Assembly (NCBI RefSeq): GCF_030684315.1
Contig: NC_081356.1
Location: 28,049,197 to 28,113,196 of the forward strand
Direction of reading: 5' to 3'
Source of the DNA: Stegostoma tigrinum
Taxonomy: Eukaryota
Length of the DNA stretch: 64,000 nt
Below the pieces are notes generated by a model. The model had not been told where the DNA came from. It did not search any database and saw only the letters and a list, made by a program, of their open reading frames with translations. The position numbers and the translations under genes are program-made. Of the stretch, positions 1 to 10,810 are shown piece by piece. Position 1 is the stretch's first letter, and every line of letters starts with the position of its first letter.

Positions 1-195
1 TTAGCAACTCATTTGTCTGTCCAACTGCTCTCTGTTTTTAGGCTCTGTCCCCACCTATTGTTTACTCCTTAGCCCCCCTGTCTTCTGTGGATAAACTGAC
101 ATTTTCCTAGCTACCATCAGTTCTGGAGAAGTGTCACTGGACCCAAAACATTAACGGATGGGTTTTTTTTTGCCTTCACAGATGCTGCCAGACTC
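1..195 (+). mobile_element. Penelope-like element 3' end (family A) with degenerate hammerhead motif
   Basis: AGTTCTGGAGAAGTGTCACTGGACCCAAAACATTAAC (119-155) followed by CACAGATGCTGCCAGAC; the same terminus recurs at 14151, 17798, 39106 and elsewhere. Confidence 0.6.
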
Positions 196-229
196 TCTCT
201 CTCTGCTGAAGTGATTACGCTTATATTTT

Positions 230-790
230 TCCTACATATCAATATTTTTCTTCACTCATCTTAGCCTAGCTACATCCCTTTTGTAAAGTCCTGTCACGTT
301 CAACTTGCTTTCTTACCCATCTTAGTATCACCAGCAATTTAGCAACCGTACATTCAATTATTTCATCAAAATCATTGAAATAATTTGTATTTAGTTGAGG
401 TGCCAGCAGTGATCCTTGTGGCACTTTACTCGTCACATCTCATTAGCTCAAAAATTACTCCTTTTATGCCTACTGCTTGCTGTTAACTAATTAATCATTC
501 ATCAGTACTAATGTATTACTCACACCACTGTGGGCTCTTATTTTGCTTATAGCACTTCCATCAAATATTTCTTTTGATATCTAATATATATATATACAAT
601 AGTATATCCTCTGGTTCCTCTTTTATCTATATTTTGTTACTTTCCTCATTCTAATGAATTAGCCAAATGTGATTTTTTTTTTTTTCCTTTCGTAAAACCA
701 ATGTTAACTTGTCTGATTTATATTGGAATTTTCTACGTGCCCTACTCTAACTTTCTTTTAATAATAGATTCCAGCGTTTTCTCCTTCAGT
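230..790 (-). mobile_element. Decayed CR1-type LINE RT fragment
   Basis: The reverse strand reads as degenerate GVPQGSLLAP / ISMILM / KFADDTK-like segments; boundaries approximate. Confidence 0.5.
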
Positions 791-1486
791 TTTAATCTGA
801 ATCCCAGCTGGTTAGAAAGATTACCTTGCATGGTGATGTGAATGTTTTATTGTTTAAATTCTCAATATCTTTATCTTGTCTTGGATAAATTTTTGGTGTT
901 ATTGTGTCGTCATGCTGGAGAAAATCTAAAGATAATTTGGAAGTTCTAAATTAAAGCGTTCCAAGTTTTCTTTCCCATGAGCTAGTCATAAACTTGCATC
1001 AGCCAAGGTATAGGGAATAAATGCATGAATGAACTTGCATTTTTATATCACACTTTCTTCACCATCTGCAGATATGCCACAGCTTTCAGTCAATGGAAGT
1101 ATTTTTTTCTGTGGTATAATTCCTGAGTTAAGATAGTTGGCGGAGAAATTTTTTGAGTAGATGTAAGTTCACAAAAATGGAAGGGAAAGGGGGAAGCGTG
1201 AGAAGTGAAATCCATTCCCAAAGAGAAAGGAAGCTAAACACTTTTTAAATTTGGTAGTTGTTTATCTTGTGCCACATAAATGATGCTGTCCATTCGGAAT
1301 TTTGAAGAAATAGCTTTGAGTTCAACTTTACCTTTTGTCTCCACAGATGCTGTCAGTTTCTGCAGCATTTTGCCTTTTTATTTCAGCATCTGTTTGTTGC
1401 TTTCCACTGTTACAAATCCTGAAAAGTAGAACGTTTGACCATTTAACTTTTAATGACTGGATATTTGTTCTTTCCTAAAAATCCAG

Positions 1487-1661
1487 GCCTCCTGAACCAC
1501 AGAAGCCCCCATCACAATCCTATCGTGACCCCAGTGGAGCCATTTACAGTGATGAGGATGAGGAGGAGCAGTATCGAAGGCAATTAGCTGACCATTCAAA
1601 GCGTGGTTACTATGGACAACATGTAGTGCAACCAACCAAATACAGGGACACTGAATTGTAG
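1487..1661 (+). CDS. TJP2: Tight junction protein ZO-2, last coding exon
   Basis: Acceptor tttcctaaaaatccAG|G (AG 1485-1486). Translation from 1488 is [57 protein letters not shown] (TAG 1659-1661). This matches the recalled vertebrate ZO-2 C-terminus (HSKRGYYGQ...YRDTEL, PDZ-binding TEL end). It lies upstream of ENTREP1, as in human. Not in the supplied ORF track because the exon has no ATG. Confidence 0.95.
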
Positions 1662-2259
1662 AAAGCAATATTTTGTTACCCAAATTTTTTTGAAAACATA
1701 AATTTACATACGCAAAAAAAATGCCTGAAATGGACAGCAGGTCCGTTGGTGCCTGAAATTTCAGCTGCTGATTGACTCGCTATGTGTTTGTGGCAGTGTT
1801 TTTATTTTGATAGGTCTTTATGGAGTAACCTACTTTATACCTTTTACAAAATGCTATTCTAATTGCCTTTACTGTTTTTTGTTTTCCTTTTCACCATTTT
1901 GATTTGAAGTTTGTTACAATTCAAGACAAAGAGCAAATTACAATAAAATGTACGAACTGGCCAGAGACTCTTAAGCAGTTAAAGTTCTGAACAGTAACAC
2001 AAGTGCCTTTCTCCATACCCCCTTTTCTCTTTTGAACAAAAAGATATAATTGGTGATGGTAATGACACTGGATATTGGTTTGATTTTGAGTGGTTTATTT
2101 TACTAACTGATCAACCATTGTGGTATAAAGCTGTTGTAGGGACCAGAGAGAGAATATCTAATTTTGTATTGCCATTTGTAATTGGTGTGTGTCTGTGTTT
2201 TGCACAGTTTTTTTTTGTCTTCTAACCTATTGAAAAGGATATTGTTTTTAAACTGATCA

Positions 2260-2270
2260 AATAAAATAAA
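2260..2270 (+). terminator. TJP2: Candidate TJP2 polyadenylation signal (overlapping AATAAA x2)
   Basis: AATAAAATAAA followed by a GU/U-rich tract (TGTGTCACTTGTTACCCTTTTTTGTTT), about 600 nt after the stop. An alternative AATAAA lies at 1942-1947. Confidence 0.6.
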
Positions 2271-3069
2271 TTGTATTTTATGTGTCACTTGTTACCCTTT
2301 TTTGTTTAAACTACCAAGGCCCTGGGATACAGATGAAGTTTGAAAAACCCCAGTTTGGAAGATTCCATGCATTTCTTTACCTCCCCTATTTTAAAATTTT
2401 CTATCATACGTAATAGATTTTGTCTTTTTCGTCACACTTATTGTTAGGATAACAGTAGACGTCAGTCAGGCTTTTTTAGCTTGCAACTATGAAAACCCAG
2501 ATATTTACTTCGAATGAAGCCACAAAGTTCATGTTTAAGTCACAAGAATTTTATTACACCAATACCTGAATATCAATAATAACACCAACTGGCTGTTTAG
2601 CATAAAATCTATTTAAAAGGTCATTGAACACTGACTTAATTTGGTTGTTTTTCACTTAGTTATCATTCTACACCCATCTGATTATGCCCTCAAAGTCAAA
2701 AAGTCTGAATTCTTCAGCATTGGATAATTTGATCCCAGTATACTCAAAATTTAATAGAAGCGTTGAAATTTCTTGAGATTTTGACTGATTTCCAGTAACC
2801 TTGTCCCTTCAGATTTCTTCTAAACATCCCATCGTTGTAAACTCTCCATTCAGAAGTACATTCAGATGCATTCTTAAATGTAACCATTCTGCATCAGAAT
2901 TGTTCTGAAACAACTATTCCTCAACTCTGGAGCCTTATCTAAAACACACTTTCTTTCCTTCTGTTCTCAGTTTGACAAGCTTCGAGTTTGAACTCACTAT
3001 TAGGTGTCCTTCAGGAGTTTATACTCTTAATCAGCATTCAGAATTTCAAATCCTACAATCCTTGCAATG

Positions 3070-3370
3070 CAGATTAGAGGCCATTTGGCCTCTACCAATT
3101 CTCCGCATCCTTCCAAAATCCGGTCTCCCACCCTAACCCATAGCCCTGCATTAACCATGGCTAATCCACCCAGCCCACACATCTCTGGATGTTATAGTGC
3201 AAATTATCATGGCCAATCCACCTAATCAGAACATCTTTTGCAGAAGGAAACCAAAGCGTCTGGAGGAAACTCATGCGTGTACGGGGAGAATATGCAAACT
3301 CCTCAGACAGTTGGCTGAGGCTAGGATCAAACTTGCATCCCTGGTGCTCCGAGGCAGCAGTGTTAACCAT
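3070..3370 (-). mobile_element. tRNA-derived V-SINE (HE1-like)
   Basis: The reverse complement has a tRNA-like head (GGTTAACACTGCTGCCTC...), the V-domain TTTGCATATTCTCCCCGTACACGCATGAGTTTCCTCCAG, and a CR1-like tail. Confidence 0.75.
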
Positions 3371-3949
3371 GAACTCTGTAAAGGAACTTTGCTGAAAACA
3401 GACGCTTCTTCTTGTCAGCTCAATCTAAAACTCTAAACTGAAAATGGGGATCTACTATCGTTTAGCTCCTAGCAGCTTGGTCATATGATCAATTAGTGGA
3501 AGTCAACTGCTTTTCACATGAATTCAAGGGCCAACAGCAACTAGTGGTGGTTTTTCTCCTCCCCTAAAGCACATTAAAATGGTGGACCATTGCATTCTCA
3601 GGATGTGCCAAAACACTTGTGGATGTAGGAAAAGTGGGAATGTAGGAAACCTGTCAGTCAGTATATACATGCACATATTTGTGATTTATTGGAACTATCA
3701 CTTAATAAAATCTGAGATGGATCAGAATTGGGTGTTGGAGGGTTTTAAAACATGCTTACCATGTGGAGTCAGTTGGTTAAAACCATCCCCTGTTCAAATG
3801 CTCAAGTTAAATTCTTATGGCAAGTGAAAGTATTCTTCCCAACTTGTGCACAAGTTGTCAATTTTTTTTTTGAAATAAGTTTCTATTTGCAGAGTAGTTG
3901 AATATGTAAAACTTTGACATTCAAACTTGATACCCTTGAACGGACATTC

Positions 3950-5110
3950 TGAAATCTTTCCATCTCCTGCTAAACCTGCTTATGGACTAACTGCGTACCT
4001 GGTTGCATTAGTTTCCAAGACTATACATCCTCACAACCTGCTTCCCAAAGGACTCCATTCCATTCTCCCAGTTTCTCCATCTCTGTCGTGTGTTCTGATG
4101 ATGTCACCATCTGCGAGTGCCTCAAACATCCACCTACTTCCTCAACGGAGGATTCTCAGTGCCTCTGGTTGACTATGTGGAGGTGTCAGACTGGCGTGGA
4201 CAAAGTGACAAGTCACATGATATCAGTTATAGTCCAACAGGTTTATTTGAAATCACAAACTTTTGAAGTGCTGCTCCTCTGTCGCCCGATGAAGGAACAG
4301 TAATCTTGAAGGCTTGTGATTTGAAATAAACCTGTTGGACTATAACCTGATATCATGTGACTTCTGACTGTGGTTGACAGCTTTGTCCAACCTATTTTCT
4401 GCACTTATGCTCTCATCCCCTTTTCCCCTCCCACAACAGTCCCCTTGGTTCTCACTTTCTACCACCAGAAACTGCATCCCAAGGATCACAAGCTAACGTT
4501 TCTACCACCTCCAACAGGATACCACCACCAGGCACATTCCTGTCCCTTTCCTCGTTAACATTTCATAGGCACTTTACCTCCCAGGATGCCCTGGTCAACT
4601 CCTCTGCTCCCAGCACCTCCCCACCTTACCATGTAATCATAGAAGGTCCAAAACTTGCCCATTTGCCTCCTTACCCCATTCATTATCCAAGACCCCAGAC
4701 ACACCTTCCAGGGAAAGCAACTATTTATTGTTACTTCACTCTGTGAATTCCTCTACTTTTGGGGAGATGAAATGCAGACTGGGTAGCCACTTTGTAGAAA
4801 GCTCATTCTTTCTATAAGAATGACCCTGAGCTTCCAGTTGCCTGCTGCTTAAACCCACCACTGTGTTCCATGGCCAACATTTCTGTCTCAGGTTTGTTGC
4901 AGGACTCCAGCATGGCTCAGCACTAGCTAGAAGGACAGCAGCTAATTTTCTGCACGGGGAACCCTGGAGCCTTCAGGACTCCATATCAAATGATTTTAGA
5001 GTCTGAATGCCACTTTCATATCTCCTGACCCACACCCACACCCAGATCCTGTTATGACATGGGCTGCTTTCAGCATAGCCAACCCATTTTCACCTCTCTG
5101 ATCAGCATTT
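3950..5110 (+). mobile_element. Decayed Penelope-like element (RT C-terminus to GIY-YIG), interrupted by a palindromic PLE end at about 4174-4370
   Basis: Degenerate DYTSS..DSIPFSQFL, PLVLTFYH and YIGET-like segments, homologous to the 51951-52706 ORF. Confidence 0.7.
4174..4370. mobile_element. Palindromic Penelope-like terminal insertion (family D)
   Basis: Inverted arms at about 4210-4260 and 4312-4363; degenerate CCGATGA-AGGA...GAAG core in the middle; TGGTTGAC repeated on both sides (4166-4173, 4371-4378). Confidence 0.65.
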
Positions 5111-6504
5111 CTTCCTCTTTGGCTTGGTATCATATGTCCCTTTGTCTCACTCTGTGCTCCATCTGCACCTAGCTGCTCACCGCCCTCTTGCAGCCCACCT
5201 GAAGCAGGACTTTGAGACAAGTAAATAACTCTGGTAAATCCAGTTAACAGGAGTATGGATGAGTAGGATGTTGGTGAATTGATTCTGTTTGATAGTATTA
5301 TTGGCGTTCTTCATTTCACACAATGCTTAGGAGGATGCTGATGGAGGTTGGAGGACTGGGGTGTAAATTGTTCAATTCTTCTATTTATAGGGCTTATTTG
5401 AGTAATCTTCCATATCTGTCTGGATGACCTGTTAATACAGCAGCAGAGCTGCACTTTTGAAAAAACCTTACCTAGAGATACTCGTTCTGGTACACAATTC
5501 TTCAGCACTACAACTGGCAGGCAGTGAGTGCCCATACTCTGTCCTGTGTTGCCAGCATTAATGATCCGGAACAGAACAGCTTGCTAGGCTACTTCAGAAG
5601 GCAGTTGACAGTTGTCCATATTACTGTAGATCTGGATGGTAGATCTCTGAAGGATAAGTGAATCGTACCAGTTTTTACAAGAGTAATGATAAGTGTAAAT
5701 TTCATGATTTAACTTGATGTTGGAGATTTATTAATTGAAATTTAATTTCCCTAGCTGCCATGGTGGGATTCGAACCCACGTCACCAGAGCACTTAGATTA
5801 GTCCAGTGGCATCATTGTCATTTTACCCCCTACTATCTGTGAATTAAAAATATTGGCTTCTTCTGTTTGAAAGGAAAGCTTTTCGCTTTCTCATACACCA
5901 GCAGGATGTAATAGCAACCATTGTTTTACAGCACATTTGTCTAATAGGATTAGCCAATGCCATTTTGGGCATTACACTATTAGTCATCATTAAATTAATC
6001 TTCTGATTATTTTTAAACTTCAGGAGCTCCATTTCTACCAAAAGTATAAGCTTACACTGGATTTTGTTTTCAGCCAGAGTTACAGTGCTCCTAGTTGAGT
6101 TTGAACTCCGCATTCTGAGAGTGTGCATTTACATTCAGCCAAGTGGTATATTCTCCTTTAGTCTCTGGCAGTTTTGAGCTGTTATTTGTCAAAATTTATG
6201 AGCTGAGTGGACAACTTTTGAAAGCTTTAATCAGTAAAGTTCCTTGCATGTTTAAAAACGAAGTTATGCAGGGTGCTATGGCGGGGGGGTGTGGGAGTGA
6301 ATGTGATTACATTTCTGTTGTAGCTTCTGTTTTGTAAACCTCAAACTGCGTTAAGCTGAAAGAATTTTTTCTGCTGCTAAATTTTGTTTAAAATGTTGAA
6401 TTTTGAACATTTCCCATCTCACCAGTGTTTGTTTTTACATTTAGCAACTGGAATAATTACATTTTCTAACATCTAAGAGACGGAAGGACAATACCTAATC
6501 AAAG

Positions 6505-6767
6505 TTCCCTGCAGTGTGGAAGTAGGCCGTTCAGCCCACTGAGTCAACAACTGCCCTCCAAGGAGCATCCCATGCAGACTTAACCCCCTACCCTATCCCT
6601 GTAACCCTGCATTTTCCATGGCTAATCTACCTATCTTACACATCCCTAGACACCACGGGCAATTTCCCAACACCATATCACGTAACCTGCACATCTTTTG
6701 GACTTTAGGAGGAAACCCGTGCAGATATGGGGAGAACATGCAAACCATTGAGCCACTGTGCCACCGC
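6505..6767 (-). mobile_element. V-SINE (HE1-like), internally deleted
   Basis: Reverse strand GCGGTGGCACAGTGGCTC head, then TTTGCATGTTCTCCCCATATCTGCACGGGTTTCCTCC V-domain. Confidence 0.75.
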
Positions 6768-7121
6768 AAACTTCTACTTTGATTTTTTTTCAAAACGAAA
6801 CATAGGCAAATGAATCCAATTTTGAAAACACACATTTTAGGAAAATGAATGTGATGGAAGATGAAGGAAATAAATTATGGTTAAGGGCACTTCTGGACCC
6901 ACCACTCATACTTGCAGAGTGTCGGGGCTGGATGAAGCATTAAAGATGTGGTGAAGGGCTGGAGACAGGAGTTGATTAGATTCTGCACAGAAGCAGCAGT
7001 GGAAGGATAGAAAATACCAGAAAGAGTTAGGCCTGGATCAAGATGGAAGGGAAGTAGGAATACTCTAAGGAAAAGGATGTCATTGACAGTCAGATTCTCA
7101 TGCTCATTGCCAGTGATCCCA

Positions 7122-7205
7122 TTAACATTTCATAGGCACTTTACCTCCCAGGATGCCCTGGTCAACTCCTCTGCTCCCAGCACCTCCCCACCTTACCATG
7201 TAATC
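7122..7205 (+). repeat. Exact 84-bp copy of 4555-4638
   Basis: TTAACATTTCATAGG...CCTTACCATGTAATC is identical base for base at both positions. Confidence 0.95.
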
Positions 7206-8279
7206 TTAATCCCTTCTCATACCAACCAATATCTCTCATCTCAATGTTCAGATTAAAATTAGTGTGGGACAGATAAAGAAACAAATAGAACTGCCTACTG
7301 AGAAAAATACCGTATTACTGAAGCTATGTCTTGGACTCAACAGGTCAAATGTAGGAACGACAATTTCAAACTGTCAAACAACTTACAGTATAAATAAAAG
7401 GAATTGGAATAAGGAGTGATTTAAAAAAAAGGAAGAAACGGCAATATGGAGTTAACTGGTAAGATCTGACGTCAAAGGAATCGTTAGGGACCCATCTTGG
7501 AACCTCAACACCAATTCAAATTTCAACTTAGTTCATAAAGGTGACTGCATACAAGTCAAAAGTTTTATTTATTTGGCTTTAAAAGACTGGAGATTGATGC
7601 AGATAATTTGAGCATACATTAAATTGTAAGTGTTTTCATTCTGCAATAGTCTTGATATTAAATTAACATACGTATCCTTGTTCCAATCTTGTACTCTCTT
7701 TCCCAATTCTTCAATTTATTTGTTTGGAACAGTTGCCTGTTCATTCAAAGTCCCAAAGTTTGACTTCCCCTGCTGCTCTATTCTCAGACTGTACCTTCAG
7801 CAAGTGGTCATGCTAAACATTTCATAAGATAAATGTGCAAGGTTCATGCCTAACAAATTGCAGCCATCATTAGGTGCTCTGCTACAGTAAAAACTGGGTG
7901 CTTATACCTTTACTTAAAGAGTAGAACCTGTTATCATGTGGAGTGGTTGTAATAAATAGCACAGATGCATTTAAGGGGAAACTAGAGAAACACAAAGAAT
8001 AGAAGAACATGCTGATTGGGTGAGATTAAATAAGAAAGGAGCAGGCTCATGTGGAGCATAAATATTGGCCAGATGGGCAAAACAGATTGTTTCTGTGCTA
8101 TAACATTCTCTGTAATTAATCTTCATTTTAGCACTTTATGCCTTCTGTACTTCTGTTATGTCTTGCTATCTAGAAAGATTCCATGATGTGTTTATCCATT
8201 GTTAAATGCAAGACAGCATGAAATTTTCCAACAATTGCTGAAATCACTCCCGAATCATACACTTTTACATTGTGAGTTT

Positions 8280-8700
8280 CCTCTTTTGCTGCTATTGAAA
8301 ACTATGGTAACCACGCTGTAATAATTTCTAGCTTAGACTATTCCAACACTGTCCTGGCCAGTCTCACATCTCACACCCTCTACAAACTGTTGCTCATCCA
8401 GTAACACTAAGTCTTGTTCAATCAGTGGCTCCCAGGTCCAGTGACACCTTGATTGTAAAATTCACATTCTACATTGTTCAAATCTTTCCAATGCCTTAAT
8501 CATGTGAATTGCTATGGCAGCCTCCAGCCCTACAAATCTCTGGGTTCTTCGCACTCTGTCAGTTCTGGCTTTTTGGAATTGCACCAAGTTTATTTTTGCC
8601 ACCAGTGCCCGTTGTAGCTCCAGTTGGCCTGCAAACTCTGGAAAGCCCCCCCCCCGAGTCAGCTCTTTAAAGCCTACTTTGGCCAAGTTCTCCAGTTATC
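8280..8700 (+). mobile_element. L2-like LINE 3' fragment
   Basis: Degenerate AETMV-HA..SSLDYSNTVLASL...LYKLLLIQ (the L2 SRLDYCN/LQLIQN signature). Confidence 0.55.
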
Positions 8701-8716
8701 TGACGTATGAGACCAC

Positions 8717-9335
8717 ATGAAACAGGAACAGGAGTAGGCCATTCGATCTCTCAAGCCACCTCTGCCAGTCAATAAGATCGTCGCTGATCCAACATTCCTC
8801 ATTTCCCTGCACTTCTTTCCCCCCAGCCCCCATTACTCTTGTTCCCCTACTGATTACGGATCTATCTTAGCCATAAATACACAACACGACTCTACCCCCA
8901 CAGCTAACAAAGTGTGGAGCTGGATGAACACAGCAGGCCAAGCAGCATCTCAGGAGCACAAAAGCTGACGTTTCGGGAAGGGTCTAGGCCGGAAATGTCA
9001 GCTTTTGTGCTCCTGAGATGCTGCTTGGCCTGCTGTGTTCATCCAGCTCCACACTTTGTCATCTTGGATTCTCCAGCATCTGCAGTTCCCATTATCACTG
9101 TTACAATTCTACCCCCACAGCTCTCTGGCAAGGGGTTCCAAAAGACTCATAACCCACAGAAGAAATTCCTCCTCACCTCAGCCTGAAATTGGTGTCCCCT
9201 TAATTCTGAGACTATGCACTCCGGTCTTAGACACCCCCCACGAGGGGAAAACACACTCCCAGCTTTTACTAGCCCTTTTAGAGTCCGACGTGTTTCACTG
9301 AGATCACCTCTCATTCTTCTAAACTCCAATGAGTC
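8717..9335 (-). mobile_element. CR1 3' fragment carrying a nested palindromic PLE insertion
   Basis: ORF 9147..9329(-) EFRRMRGDLSET...RRNFF is the CR1 ORF2 C-terminus; CR1 3' UTR motif GGAGTAGGCCATTC. Confidence 0.8.
8906..9107. mobile_element. Palindromic Penelope-like terminal insertion (family B) with 15-bp TSD
   Basis: TSD TCTACCCCCACAGCT at 8891-8905 and 9108-9122; 68-bp inverted arms at 8907-8974 and 8992-9059. Confidence 0.85.
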
Positions 9336-10178
9336 CCCAGCATTGTTCTGTCTTCTGCGGCTGGGACTTTGACGGTACTCTCGTGAGGATCGTCGGATGT
9401 TTTATGTTAATCGTACTGTCGATTAAAAACGTTATTATTTTACAGCCAACAAACCTGTCTGTCCCTTTCAGGCTTCAATCAAGATCGTAGTCAAAACTAG
9501 ACACCTTGCTAGGGCTGCATTTTTGAAATCGAACAAAAGAAATTTTATGTCAATAATACTGACATGCTCGGTATTTTCCACTGGTTGTAATTTTCCCCCC
9601 GATCGGTACGGCTGCAAGGCGACTGGGACTAGTAATTCACGATAAACGAGGTCGATAAACAGGTAAATACATAGTGGAACACATGGAGCCCGCAAAAGAA
9701 TTAAATACAAGTTTTTTAAAAAAATGTTCAGTTAGGTCAAACTAAAAACCTCAAGATTGGTTTTGAAAATCTAAAAATTAGGTTTCCTAGTCTTGTTTTA
9801 AACCCACAGCTTGTGGCTGCCGCGGGGGGGGTCAAAGTCTCCCTTGTAAAGTGACTGGCTTCTGTGTGTGTGCCAGATCTAGTAATGCAATCCCAAACTC
9901 GCCTGGAGTTATTTTAAAACTAGTCAACTCAGCCACTTTGGAAAACAAGGGGAGGGTTAAAAAAAATGTTGGGAAAGTGGGACGTACCGCGACTTGGGAG
10001 AGCGATGCATTTCCTAAAAGGCATTTCCGAGCAAATGGCTTTTGAGTGAATTGAGGGATTGAAGGGGTTTACCAAAGTAAACGCAGTGATTTTCACTGTT
10101 GGGGTGTGACTGTGGGTTACCAAGTCCCGCAGTCAACCTTTTACTGTCTGTCTGTCTCTCTCTCTCTTTTCTTGCCGG

Positions 10179-10493
10179 ATGTCACTGCCAGTGCTGTTGC
10201 CCACTTCTTGCTGCCCAGTGCAAGCCACCACACCGAGCGGGGAGGCACCGCTTCGGAACCGGGCTCGGTGTGTGTCATGGCCCGGAGCGCTACACTCCAG
10301 CAGCAGCAGCAGCAGCAATACGAGCCCGGCACGCCAGCCGCTGCACTGCCCGCTCTACGGCCGCTCCCTCTTCGCTCTGGGACTACTCCAGATCGCTCTG
10401 GGTTTCTCCATCGTGTCTCTCAGTTTCGGGGCTCTGTCCCTCACCGAGTCCCCCAACGTCAGGAACTCTTGTCCCTTCTGGGCCGGCTCCTCG
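10179..10493 (+). CDS. ENTREP1: Endosomal transmembrane epsin interactor 1 (FAM189A2), coding exon 1
   Basis: MSLPVLLPTSCCPV...RSLFALGLLQIALGFSIVSLSFGALSLTESPNVRNSCPFWAGSS (105 codons), then donor TCG|GTGAGT in phase 0. Matches the recalled long isoform of FAM189A2 (MSLPVVLPGSCCPV...NSCPFWAGSS) with the first CD20-like TM helix. Downstream of TJP2. Confidence 0.92.
10298..10317 (+). repeat. (CAG)6 coding microsatellite, read as poly-Ser
   Basis: CAGCAGCAGCAGCAGCAGCA; TCC-AGC(x6) gives Ser7 in the ENTREP1 frame. Confidence 0.9.
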
Positions 10494-10659
10494 GTGAGTT
10501 TAGCAACAAAACTTTCTCCATAAGTATGACACTGAATTAACTCGACTATGCCCAAGCAGTTCCCAGGTTGTTGTACTCAGACTATTGCATTTACCAAATC
10601 GGTTGATTTTTTTGGGGGGGGGGGGGGGGGTGGGGCGGAGTCCGGTTCGAAGAGCCGCA

Positions 10660-10810
10660 GGTTTGCATTTATATAGCGCTTTTCGTGGTCTCAGACCACT
10701 CCAAAGTTGCTTCTGAAGAGTCGTCAATGTGGCAATGTAAAACAGCCAATTGGAGCCCTATTCCCTCAAACACCAACGTGATAATGACCAGTTATTTTAC
10801 TTTTTTTTGT
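10660..10810 (-). mobile_element. Deu-domain SINE 3' fragment
   Basis: TTTGCATTTATATAGCGCTTTTC...GTGATAATGACCAG is the reverse of the Deu-SINE 3' portion. Confidence 0.6.

Noticed and set aside
1450-1683. 77-aa minus-strand ORF
   Set aside because: Antisense shadow of the TJP2 last exon
10494-10523. C-terminal VSLATKLSP* of the supplied 114-aa ORF
   Set aside because: Read-through into intron 1 past the GTGAGT donor; not a single-exon gene
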